A DNA stretch of 64,000 nt from Perkinsela sp. CCAP 1560/9 (taxonomy: Eukaryota > Protista > Euglenozoa: Kinetoplastea), in contig CBFFSA010000005.1 in NCBI GenBank assembly GCA_965644495.1, positions 248,001 through 312,000 of the forward strand, given 5' to 3'. The stretch's first letter is position 1. The number at the start of each line of letters is the position of its first letter. Of this stretch, positions 1 to 10,636 are shown in pieces. A program made the position numbers and the translations under genes. The notes under the pieces are model-generated. The model was not told the DNA's origin, made no database searches, and saw only the letters and a list, made by a program, of their open reading frames with translations.

Positions 1-2
1 GG

Positions 3-428
3 AATATTGAGGAACGTGCGTCTGGACTATTTTCTCTACCTACGGAAGCCGTTGAGCCTCTACAAATTGTACACTACCGTAAAGGTGAATATTATAAATG
101 TCATCATGATGATTCGACCTTAGACGATGGGCGCCTTTTTTACGATTCCGCTTCGACATCTCCAGGTCGGACGTTTACCATATTTGTATATTTGAACACT
201 TTACAGAAAGAAGACGGAGGAGAAACATTTTTTCCTCGACTGGGATTGCGGATTAGGCCAACGACAGGCACTGCACTGCTTTGGACGAATGTTCGTGTGG
301 ACGGACAGCTTGAACCGCTGACTATCCACGAAGGTCTTGCACCAGTCACGAAAAACATAGAAAAAATTGGACTAAACATTTGGCTAAATAATAGAAGCGC
401 AACAGATCTATTGGATTACTGTCTGTAA
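3..428 (+). CDS. Prolyl 4-hydroxylase alpha-like 2OG-Fe(II) oxygenase, 3' part (5' end outside window)
   Basis: Frame 3 is open from the window edge: EPLQIVHYRKGEYYKCHHD (HxD), RTFTIFVYLN, GGETFFP, TALLW, TIHEGLAPV...EK (distal His and 2OG Lys). Confidence 0.88.
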   Translation, partial: NIEERASGLFSLPTEAVEPLQIVHYRKGEYYKCHHDDSTLDDGRLFYDSASTSPGRTFTIFVYLNTLQKEDGGETFFPRLGLRIRPTTGTALLWTNVRVDGQLEPLTIHEGLAPVTKNIEKIGLNIWLNNRSATDLLDYCL

Positions 429-455
429 TCTAATCTATCTATTAAGAAAGAGGTA

Positions 456-1340
456 CTCCCTCTCTCATTAATTTTTATAAATGGATTTCGAGTTATAAAA
501 ATTTAATTTATGCGGGATCATTAATTTTTATAAATCAGAAATTTATCGAACGCTATTTCTTAATTTTTTTCTAAACCAAAGAATTTTTTCTGTTATTCTA
601 CTTAAGATGGATTATTTTGTGAACGTGGATGGACGCGCTTCGAAGAAATTTCTTACAGAAAAGCGCAAATGGTTGATTTCTATGCTGGAGGCATAGAAGG
701 CATGTAATATCACTTACTTTCTTAAAGAAATATTTCTTTTATGCGTTTTTATATGTACCGTCACCCCCCCTCCCCTGACTTAGCCTGCCAAAAAGTCGAA
801 AAAATAGGAAAAAGCGGATAAGTCGCCCAGCCGACTGCGGGCCTAATTTGTCCGAAGGAGCGTCTTCGTTGCTCGGTCGCAATCCTATGTCGTAATGCAT
901 ATTGCACTGCCGGATCCCAGGAGTTCTTCTAGAACTCGCGTTTTCACCAAGTCTTTTCTTCCACGTAAATTCAACCAGGACAGGTGGGATCGGTCGGGAT
1001 CGTAAATCTCTAGTTTAAACCCTCTCAGCTTCAGATATTAGATTGATTCGTGAAAAAATGCTCATGTAGGGGAAAAGACAATCTTTTTGGGGGGATTTTC
1101 TTTCTGAGATGAAGATACTGATTTTTGTAAAACGCGATTCACTGAAAAAATTCATCATGGGGAAGCATGGTCGGGACCTACTCGCGGTCTTCCCTGGCAC
1201 TACCATCTTACAGATCGTACTAACGTCGACCTTTTTTTGGAATAGCGGTCATTTATACAGGATCATTAATTTTTATAATTATAATTATAACTCACTTTTT
1301 GTTATAATTTATAATTTATAAAAATTAATGAGAGGGGGAG
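456..1340. mobile_element. Non-autonomous Tc1/mariner-type (Stowaway-like) MITE, 885 bp
   Basis: 27-bp TIRs CTCCC(T/C)CTCTCATTAATTTTTATAAAT at 456-482 and 1314-1340 (26/27 identical), TA on both flanks (454-455, 1341-1342); the CATTAATTTTTATAA core recurs internally near 519 and 1264. Confidence 0.8.
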
Positions 1341-1463
1341 TATATTTTTCTTGCATAAAGATTGCTCAGTGCAACTAATGCGCCTGTGTCGTACTCGTAC
1401 TTGTTTTGAACTTACTTCTATGTCGTACCGAAATTATTACTTTTTTTCGTATACTATACCCCC

Positions 1464-4400
1464 CATAGCTGTCGTTCGACGTCGAATTCGACGTCGTTCG
1501 ACGGTCGAAAGGTCGAAACATTTTGAGTGCTTGGATGGTTTCTGAAAGAATTTTTTTTCAACAGAATATATGTTTATAAAATGTTTAAAAAATGTATTTG
1601 CAACCAGTCTTCTACTTTTTAGTGTTAATTTACTTGTTTTTTCACAATGCACACCTCTGTTCGAGGAAGGGGGCGCATGATTCCTATCCGCATACCTTCT
1701 CCCCCAGCTCTTTCATCAGATGCAATCGTGCCAACTTTAGCTGAAGCAAATTCTTCCGAATCTGTTTCATCTACTACTCCTTCAGTTACTTCGGTTCGTG
1801 CCAAGAGAACCAATTCGGCGAAGAAGAATAGAACTGCCATGCAGCGAGATGCTTCCACGGAAGCAGCAGATGGTCCCACCCACAGCAGATTTGAAATTTC
1901 CGATAACGTTCTTTCAGGGAGTTATGTTCCTGTCTCAGTACGACGAGAGTGTACCGCGAGGCTTGAAGAGGAAATGCCGTCCTCTCCATCACAACAGGCA
2001 AGCTCTGTAAGGCAAGTAGTTCGAAAACAGCTTGTACAGGACCCAATGCGGTTTCCCCGTATTTCGACAAAATTCTTTCGTGAACGCTGCTTGGGAATGG
2101 ATACCCCGACTGGTAGAACGAAAAATTTGGAGAAGAAAAACAAAGAGTGTCGCGAATACGCCGAGAAATATCCTCGGCCCCATCACGTGAATACCATGGG
2201 CCAGCGGACTCACATAAAATGTCGCGACTGTCCGTGGTGGAGTCATTCGCTCCATAACAACCATTACTATCACCATATCAATCACACTTGTTTAGTGCGC
2301 GAGGGACAGAGAATCGCAAACGAACCGGAACTTTTTTCACTGACCCCGAACGACAATTCAATGAGTGTAAATGTTTTTGTCCGTCGCTGCGTTCCCTGTC
2401 TTGTGGCAAAGACGAACTTGTCATGCAAAGCTGCTCACGCTTTACTTCGTAACTATGAAGAATTACGCCCCAAGGGAGCAAATACTGAAGAAATTCTCAA
2501 TGCACTTGGCCACAATCACAGGATCATGCGTGATTGGGAGAAGGACTTGGCCACCGAAATATGGGAAAAAATGATTTCAAAAATCGATATTCATCCTTTC
2601 TTCGGGGTAGCTGTGGATGCTGGGGTTGATTCCGTGCTCAACGAGCACGTATTAGTAGGGGTAGTGTATGTTTCAGATGAGCAATATCTATTACCATCCA
2701 TGTATCATCCGAAGCGGAAGGCATTCAACGGCAAAGAAACAGCTGAGAGTTTGGTTAATACATTGAATTCTATTCTCGGCATTACGCTGGTACGAAAAAT
2801 GAGGTTTTTAATGGTGGATGGCTGTGCCGTTAACCACGTGGCCCGTGATGAGGCAGAAGGAGAATTAAAAAGAATATATGATCGCGTTCAAAGAATTGGG
2901 GAGTCAGACTGGATAAACTTCGGAAACCGGGCCGTGGATATGATGCCACACGTCTCCTTACTATCTTGCTTTGGTCATTTTCTCAATAACCTCGCGATGG
3001 ATGCGATGAAACCCTTTCAGGAAACCCCCCTTTTTGAACTTAAAAAGCTCTTCAGACAAACATTTTATGGACATGACAAGATCTGTACGAAGAAGGGGCG
3101 GTATCGCGGTGTGGCCCTAGACGTTCTTGGATCGACGAAGAAACTAACAAAGCGGAACAATTTTTCACTCAATGGTATGGGGGGCTGTCTAGCAATAAAA
3201 TGGACGATGAATATCAGACAGAGCTGGTGTGTCAGCTTCGTAGCAGCATACAAATTTTGAAACAGTATGCTCCCGATGAAGCTGATCTAATTTTGGCGGA
3301 ACTGAACGCTCAGCATGAAAATATTCCTCGGTGTCGTGACGAACTTTCATTGTATGGACCTCAAGTAATTGAAGCTGTTCGTAGAGCAAAGGATGTACAC
3401 GGCATTACGGCTCCTAAGTTAGGGGGAGTTACTCGCTGGTGCCATGATAAGTTCGGCAGCATTTCCTTCTTTTCTACTCAGTTACCTACTGTTGTGGCGT
3501 TCCTGAAGCAAGAACTGGAAAACCCCCGAGTTTGTCAGTCTGTACGTAAGTGTGCGGATCTTATTGCTCGGGAAGGGGTAGATAACTTGGCGACTTCAGC
3601 AAAATATTTTCTTGAAGAACTAGCTCCTATCCAGAAAGCGTTACAAAAATTTTCGGATTTAGACGGTACCCCTTTAGTAACGGGAGTTTGGCCAACTTTA
3701 GAAAGATTACGGAAGGCTAGTCGGGTGGGAAGCTGCAGTGAAGCTTTTGAATGTGCCCTCAAGCATCACATAAATCGACTTTCAGTTCATCACAATATGA
3801 AATATTGGGAAGACGTCATGTGGTTTGCACCGGATTTCATTGCACTACGCGCCCGGAAAGCCGGTCTCGAACCAATTCATTTCAGTCGTGCTAACGACCT
3901 TTTTCGAGGTGGTTCTCCCATTTTTCAAATTACGGAAAATAAATGGAATGAATATGTGAATTGCGTCGACTACGAATGGGATTCGCGAGTGCACAAGTGC
4001 GAATTGCATTGGTGGCAAACAGTTGGAGTCTACAAATACCCAGGTATGCATCAAGCGGCGATACATTATTTATGGGTACCCCCTTTAGTGACGAAATGTG
4101 ATTCTTGGATGTCGGTTATGAACACCAAATACAACTCCCGTCAATCATCCATGGGCACTCAAACAGTACAAAACTCTATGCTGTTACGGGGGAACTGCGA
4201 CAAACTTGGGTACCTTGACAATTTGGAACAGTTAGGATCAGCGGGAAATGGGGATTCGGGGTAACTTCTTTCAAGCTTCCGAATTACTTAATAGGCTCCT
4301 GATGCGAGTCTGCTTTTTTTCTGATACGTCATAAATTCATAACCCATTATAATATTGTTATATTGTATTACTGTATAATTATTTATAATGTATGGATGTT

Positions 4401-4924
4401 TAATTATTTTTCCATGTTTTGTCTCATACTTCAGGACCATTAAGGCTAAACTTTTTCCCCACACTTAAATTTTTCTTGTATTATTGCAACGCGAGATATT
4501 TTGTGCTTACCTATACAGCAACAGTAAACGCCATAAGCTTATACTATGATAATGACTAGTACAGTCATAATTTTCCGTATCTTTATTTTATTAAACTTCA
4601 TTAATTACGTTTCTGAACATGTTTCAAATAAAAGGTGACGCATTTAACACGGTTAGAACTCCCTAGCGGTCTGACGAACAACCTGACGACAACCATACGT
4701 TGCTACTTTCTTATTCTCTAGTAGTCATCTATTCGTCCGAATACCATAGCAAATTGCTGTAGTGAAAAGAATCCGTCGATCGAAACAATTTTTCAAGTGC
4801 TGTACATGAACACAAGTATCCCACATTTTTTTCCTTCGTTCGACGTCGAAAGACCCATTTTTTCGACGTCGAAAGGCATTCGTAGACGTCGAATTGCAAT
4901 TTTCGACGTCGAATGACAGCTATG
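1464..4924 (+). mobile_element. hAT-superfamily DNA transposon, 3461 bp
   Basis: 23-bp TIRs CATAGCTGTC(G/A)TTCGACGTCGAA at 1464-1486 and 4902-4924; direct repeat ACCCCC at 1458-1463 and 4925-4930; subterminal TTCGACGTCGAA-type palindromes at both ends; internal transposase. Confidence 0.88.
1647..4264 (+). pseudogene. hAT-type transposase split by a -1 frameshift (ORFs 1647-3260 and 3200-4264)
   Basis: Cys/His finger (CRDC...H..H), first Asp in FGVAVDAG, second Asp in FLMVDGCAVN, CFGH (CxxH), TRW, and hAT C-terminal WW..YP....A..YLWVP...CDSWMS...R. The second frame is open from 3077. Confidence 0.82.
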
Positions 4925-5533
4925 ACCCCCCCGCTTACGAGTTCCTCCAATTCTGGACAAGAACGCTTTCGTGCTCGTTTGTTGGAGCTAAAGTCTGTAA
5001 GAGGTGAAACGGAACTGGAGAAAGTAGAAAGGGACGAAGATGGCAATAAAGAAATAGAAGATGACTCTGAAAAAGAGAGTAAAGATCGTAATGTGATTCA
5101 AGGTTCGTTGATATGAGTTGAATGCTAAAATAGACAAAAAAGAGGAAAAACGAGTAAACGTTTCGTATGGGTGCATTCTGTAGTCTGTAGTCACTACTTC
5201 TGATCGTATTGTACTGAAGTTTCTTGCAAGACGGATTGGTTAAAGTAAGTCATTCCCTTCTTAATTTAGATTTTTCTGCACTTTCAATCTTTTTACCCTA
5301 ATTTTAAGCCCAAATTCCACAAATTGCACTTTTTTACATTTTATTCGAACTTTTACTGCAACATGTGAAAAGACACTGGATTGCGCGAATAGTATACTGC
5401 ATTCTCGCTAGTTCAAACTTCACTAATTCACATTAACTCAACACGCACATTAACTCAATCTTAGAAGATATACAAGCTGAGGAGAAATTTCATACAGTGT
5501 TGCAGGAACGATTGTCCTCTAACCCCAAGCCAT

Positions 5534-6313
5534 GTGTTTGTTATAAATTTGCGCAAGCGACAAGATCGTTGGCAACACATCACAAGTGAGTTAGAGCGCG
5601 CTAAGATTTCATCATTTACTCGAATAGAAGCTATTGACGGCGCTGCTCAAGACATTTCACAATGTGTCCGTCGAGGTATTCTATCTCCATTTGGAGCCTC
5701 TCGTATTGCATTGAGAGATGAAGAAAAAATTTGGGGAATGGATCTCACAGAGGGTGGGTTGGGTTGTGCCCTAAGTCATATTCGAATCTGGGAATTGGTT
5801 TCGGCATTGCAGCTTTCGTGCGCAATGATAGCAGAAGACGATACAGAGTTCTCTCCTCATTTTCAAAGTCGCTTTTGCAGAATCGTGAAAGAAATACCGC
5901 TCAACTGGGAACTCATGTACCTTAGCGGTTTAGACGTTGAAAACAAATGTACCGATCTAATGGTTTCGGATCATATTGCTCGAGTTCCTCAACTATACCG
6001 TACTACTAATCTTTATCTTATTAATGCCAAGGGGGCAAAGGAACTACTTGACGTATGTTGTCCTTTGCATTTCCAACTTGATACTCAAATGACAATGCAC
6101 ACAGAAGACACGTATTCTTCTCTTCCCAAGAATTCCCCTGCCACATTCTTAAAGTCGTCGAAGCCCATTCCAGTCGTCAGCAAACCCAAAATGTACGCTG
6201 CGGTGCCTTGTATAGCGATACAACGAACTTTTTTTGGCACCGATGTACAATCCCATATGCCTCCGGATCCCCCGGGCCAAGAATCTGCACGACGAAAGCA
6301 AGCCGGTTGGTGA
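5534..6313 (+). CDS. Glycosyltransferase family 25 protein (start codon uncertain)
   Basis: FVINL..R.DRW, IEAIDG, LTEGGLGCALSH..IW, MIAEDD, WELMYL, YLIN.KGA..LL are GT25 motifs. Confidence 0.85.
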   Translation: MFVINLRKRQDRWQHITSELERAKISSFTRIEAIDGAAQDISQCVRRGILSPFGASRIALRDEEKIWGMDLTEGGLGCALSHIRIWELVSALQLSCAMIAEDDTEFSPHFQSRFCRIVKEIPLNWELMYLSGLDVENKCTDLMVSDHIARVPQLYRTTNLYLINAKGAKELLDVCCPLHFQLDTQMTMHTEDTYSSLPKNSPATFLKSSKPIPVVSKPKMYAAVPCIAIQRTFFGTDVQSHMPPDPPGQESARRKQAGW

Positions 6314-6511
6314 AGCTTTTGAAGGATAGCATTTGGAGGAGCGTTGCTATCCGGTAAACCAGCGAAACGGCATACTTGTACGATAAAGGTACTTTCAGTA
6401 AGTGTAAGTAGAGTAGAAATTTCAATTTATAAAAAATCATTTACGAACATCATTTCTGTTTACTTTTTATTATTTTTGGGGTTCTATTGTACTCTGGTTT
6501 CGTAAACGGTA

Positions 6512-7429
6512 ATGGCTGAATCGCGGCAAGCATGCTTAAATGCTGGAATGACACCTCTGTCAGAGGAACACGCAGAGGGTCCGCTTTTTGATCCTGAGTT
6601 CTATCAAGTCAATTTGAGACGGATCCCAGCAGATAGTGCACCATGGCGTAAATGCAGCCCTTCGGAACGGGACGAATATTTTAATTACGGATTTAATGAA
6701 GAGACCTTTTTAGCGTATTCTTGTTGGTACCGCACCAGGTATGCGCTACAGCCCTCAGTGATTGGAAAAAAAGAAGTCATCATGGACAACCAGGTTGAAA
6801 AAGCAAAGCTTGTCAAAGAAGTAGCGTCATTAGAGGCCGTTACGGAAAGTAGTGATGGTAGAGAGGATCGCGTAAATCAGTTTCAACTATGGAGTGATGA
6901 GCCAAACTACTATACATCTTGCCACCAGATACCCGTTTGTGCAGCTTCAGGTGAGAACGAGAAATCGGCTGCTGAGTTTCTTTTAATAGAACCTTATGCG
7001 GCCTTTCTGTGTCCTTACGGAGCAGATTGTAAAATGAGAGACTATTGTTTATTTTCACATGAAGAGTTATCCGAACAGGAAGCTAAAGCATTTCTAGCTG
7101 CGCGAGAGCCCCCGCCTGTGACATCGAAAGGATTAGCATATGAATTGAGGAGGAGAAACCGAACTTTTGCAGATTCAACAATAGGTCCTACTGTCGAGAT
7201 AAACAGTGCAAGCGTAACTGTTTGTGCTGATGATCCGAAATTAAACGCTTCAGGTGTTTTGCCCTCTGAAATAAACACATACACTCCTACGTCCTCTGCC
7301 GAAAGGATTTCTGAAACATTTGATTCAAAAACAGTCAAAGATCCTTCGAAAGAATCTTCGATTCAAGTAAGACGATATGTGGCTTTGAGCGGAAGTAAGA
7401 AAGGTGGATTTCGTAAATTGAAAAAGTAG
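6512..7429 (+). CDS. FIP1: Pre-mRNA polyadenylation factor FIP1-like with CCCH zinc finger
   Basis: Fip1 motif PWRK....DEYFNYGFNEETF.AY plus CPYGADCKMRDYCLFSH finger; this pairing is known from trypanosomatid FIP1. Confidence 0.8.
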   Translation: MAESRQACLNAGMTPLSEEHAEGPLFDPEFYQVNLRRIPADSAPWRKCSPSERDEYFNYGFNEETFLAYSCWYRTRYALQPSVIGKKEVIMDNQVEKAKLVKEVASLEAVTESSDGREDRVNQFQLWSDEPNYYTSCHQIPVCAASGENEKSAAEFLLIEPYAAFLCPYGADCKMRDYCLFSHEELSEQEAKAFLAAREPPPVTSKGLAYELRRRNRTFADSTIGPTVEINSASVTVCADDPKLNASGVLPSEINTYTPTSSAERISETFDSKTVKDPSKESSIQVRRYVALSGSKKGGFRKLKK

Positions 7430-7595
7430 ATCTTGACAAAAGACATAAATGTTTTCGCTTTGACCTTTATTTTAATTACTAGTAACTTAGTTCACATGCA
7501 CCAAGAATGTGCTATTTCAATTTCCTAAATTACTCCAAGCATTCTTTGAAGAAAAAGTGAACGTTAATACCTTTTTTTCTTTATATTTATTCCAC

Positions 7596-8609
7596 ATGGA
7601 ACCTAGTCCCTATGTTCGGAGAAAGCCGAAAAATATAAAGACGAAACGAGCAGTAGATAAAAAAATGCCTCTTTTGAACGAGAACCCAAAGCAAACTATG
7701 TATTTGCATGGGAAAAAAAGTAGCGCAGTCGATAAGGAAGTTTTAAACGCTATTTCAAAGCTTCAATCGTCACAACACGCCGTCAAGCTACGAGATAATA
7801 ACGATCTGGTGCCATTCGAACGCGTAGATTCATTGAACTTCCTTTCATTCCAAAACGACTGCAGTTTGTTCTGCTTCTCCCATCACAGCAAGAAAAGGCC
7901 ACACGGTATTGTGCTTGGGAGACATCACAACTCTCAACTTCTTGATCTGGTCGAGCTTGGTCTTGCTAATTTTGAGCAAAAGCTCAAAGGTCTGAGGGGC
8001 TCACACGGCCACAAGCCAATATTATTGTTTTTGGGTGCTGCTTTTGAATTTTCCATTTTCCGCCGTTTGCAAAACCTGCTTTTGGATTTTTTCGGGGGCA
8101 CGGCGGTGGAAAATTTAAACTTGTGTGGTGCGGACCGCGCGTTGGTACTTCACTTAGAATGCACAGCTGAGTTGGAAGACACTGAGCTACCCACAGAGAA
8201 TCTAAAAATAGTTACTTTTCCCAAGGGTAAGGTTATCCTTTCTCTTCGACACGTAGCATTGTTACCGAGTAGCGGAACGAAGACACTGAGTGTGACTTCC
8301 GATGATGGCTTGTTACTGCAGTTTGAAATCCGACGCCTTCGTTTCGCGAATGCAGCCTTTTTTAAAAGAGCATGCCGTCAACCCCGTCTGGCTAAAAGCT
8401 CCAAAGGGGTGCAACGCGATCGGCTTGGTGATCTTAAGGGCCAAGTTCACGTCGGTAAGCAAAAGGTGGATACTATGACGAAACGCCGTTTCAAGCACGA
8501 GAAGGAGAAAAAGCAGCACGCCGATGAGGAAATCACAATTTCGCTTGCCGACGCTGTTGGAAAGAGGCGAAAAAGCGAAGGAATTCCGAATCCAGCGGTG
8601 GATATTTAA
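7596..8609 (+). CDS. RPF2: Ribosome biogenesis protein RPF2 (Brix domain)
   Basis: ENPK, PFE, DCSLF.FSHHSKKRPH...GR....LLDLVELG, KP.LLF.G..F, NLLLDFF, D.LGD..GQVHVGKQ; first ATG at 7596 after a T-rich tract. Confidence 0.9.
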   Translation: MEPSPYVRRKPKNIKTKRAVDKKMPLLNENPKQTMYLHGKKSSAVDKEVLNAISKLQSSQHAVKLRDNNDLVPFERVDSLNFLSFQNDCSLFCFSHHSKKRPHGIVLGRHHNSQLLDLVELGLANFEQKLKGLRGSHGHKPILLFLGAAFEFSIFRRLQNLLLDFFGGTAVENLNLCGADRALVLHLECTAELEDTELPTENLKIVTFPKGKVILSLRHVALLPSSGTKTLSVTSDDGLLLQFEIRRLRFANAAFFKRACRQPRLAKSSKGVQRDRLGDLKGQVHVGKQKVDTMTKRRFKHEKEKKQHADEEITISLADAVGKRRKSEGIPNPAVDI

Positions 8610-9094
8610 TCCACTGAAGGAAGGTTGAAAATGAAGATTGCTCATGATACAGGAAACTTGTTTGATTGTTATATCGTTTGTTTATTGGGAACGGCTGCAG
8701 TGGTATTCTTTTCCCTTCATACTGTTCATTTTTTCTGCACGTCTCTACATGTATCTCCTGCGTGATATTTTTTGGTCGTTAATCAGTGATTCTCTTATCG
8801 TGAACGCATTTACAGAAATATGCATTCTAGTGCAATATAAATTACAACGTAATGAGTTCAACGTATCTTTCCATTCAATCGTTTTCTGATCATTTTTTAA
8901 AACATTGAAGGATACCTTTTCTCTATTTTCGGCAGATTGATGCTAGCGTACGAATGCAGATAGACAGGTCTTTATAACGAATTTTACGATAATATTCACT
9001 TCAAAAAACGAATTTTTTAGTAAACGATTTTCGTCCTACGGAGATTTTCTCATTCATTGTCTATGAATTCCCCCTCCCTCTAAAGTTGGTACAG

Positions 9095-9643
9095 ATGTCT
9101 AGTGAATGGCATTTGGTTTGTCGTGACGCAAGTTTATTGACTCATAGTCGGGAGCATATTGAACTAGAAGGCAGGATGCTTACGCTTCTTCATCACAGGG
9201 GGCAAATCTATTGCATAGATTCCATATGCTACCACGGAGGTGGACCTCTGGGCAGAGGTCCAATTCTTGATATTGAAGAGCTTGGTGCTCATGCAATACA
9301 GTGTCCTTGGCACAGCTACAACATCGATTTGCTCTCGGGGAGGAAAATTTTTAAGGGATGTCAATACCTAGAAGGAGTGCTCCGCGAGACAGGGTGGCAA
9401 ATGGGGTCTCAATGTCAGCGAGTCCATGAGGTTGAAGTAGGAGCCGAGGGTTTCGTTTATGTACGTCTGAATCTAACAAGGAAAAATATTCCAAGTGATA
9501 CCTATACCCGAGACCACAGTGTCCAAAATTTTAATCTCTGTAAAAAGTTGATGCAAACTACAAAGGATCAATCTACTTTCAAACTCCATTCTGGAAATGT
9601 TTTCAAGAAAGGTTTCTCGAGTGAAGCAGAACTGAAAAGGTAA
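9095..9643 (+). CDS. Rieske [2Fe-2S] domain protein
   Basis: CYHGGGPL.....CPWH Rieske ligands (CxH...CxxH). Confidence 0.88.
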   Translation: MSSEWHLVCRDASLLTHSREHIELEGRMLTLLHHRGQIYCIDSICYHGGGPLGRGPILDIEELGAHAIQCPWHSYNIDLLSGRKIFKGCQYLEGVLRETGWQMGSQCQRVHEVEVGAEGFVYVRLNLTRKNIPSDTYTRDHSVQNFNLCKKLMQTTKDQSTFKLHSGNVFKKGFSSEAELKR

Positions 9644-9707
9644 GTTCGACTTATAGAATACCAAACCTCGCTCGACAGAAGATCACACATGTGACTCGCG
9701 CGCCTTA

Positions 9708-10636
9708 TAAACCCCACACAGCGAATAAGTCACCCCCCTCTTTTTTTGGTACAACGAGACTTAGGGGGGTTGCGGCACCACATTTTCGTTCAAAATTTTG
9801 AGATCTGCACGTTCCCGCTGTTTTTAGACCTCTTCACAGATAAGAAATTAAAACTTATTTTTTTGATGACGTTTTTACATAGTCATGTCAATATTACCTG
9901 AAAAATCTCATGTTCCTCGACCAGGGGGGAAGAAGGGGGTCAACATGAAAATGGCGTTACAGATCTTCGCTAGGGGAACGAGATTTCTCGTTTGCAACAA
10001 AAATGATCAAAAACAGATAACAAACATTCAATTTGTCACGTGGTGGAATATTTGTCTTTGATTGGTTCTTTCTTGAAACGGTGATAAATCAACTTTTTTA
10101 AGCTGTCCTCTTTACTTTTTGCTTGAAGGGGCCTAAGGGGGTTAAGATATCATTTTCTCGTTCAAAATTCTGAGATCTACACGTTCCCACCATTTTTAGA
10201 TCATTTTAGAAACTGAAAAAGAATATTGTTTTTAGGTTCTATTTTTTTGCATCGTCATACCACACTAATTTGAGAAAACAAACACTCCGCGGCCAGGGGG
10301 CACAAGTGGGTCAATATTAAAAAATGGCGGCAAAGCTCTTTGCTAGGAGAACGAGATTTCTCGTTTGCAACAAAAATCAGCAAAAACGGACAGAAATAAT
10401 TGATTTCCTCATGGGAGGAGAATATTTAATTAGTTAAAGTGTGAGAAATTGGTCTCTTGAAAAATGTGAAGAAAGTGATAATCCATCTATCGGATGCACG
10501 CATTTGAGAGTTTTGGTTCCATGCTTTAACGCGCAAAGTCTTTGTGCTGGGAACAGCAAAATGCAACAAAACTGAGCTCAAACGGACACTTGGCTGAAAA
10601 GTTAGAGGGGGGTGACTTTTCGCTGTGGGGGGTTTA
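9708..10636 (+). mobile_element. Non-autonomous Tc1-family element (copy 1), 929 bp, with internal ~370-bp diverged duplication
   Basis: TIRs TAAACCCCACACAGCGAATAAGTCACCCCCCTCT / AGAGGGGGGTGACTTTTCGCTGTGGGGGGTTTA flanked by TA; shares subterminal sequence (CGTTCAAAATT.TGAGATCT.CACGTTCCC) with the elements at 19593 and ~58445. Confidence 0.8.

Noticed and set aside
1464-4924. P-element classification from CATAG termini
   Set aside because: The protein has TRW and the hAT C-terminal WW..P..A...P motif and lacks a THAP domain.
4913-5116. 67-aa acidic ORF right of the hAT element
   Set aside because: Its ATG lies within the TIR; the reconstructed empty site gives no convincing ATG-initiated gene.
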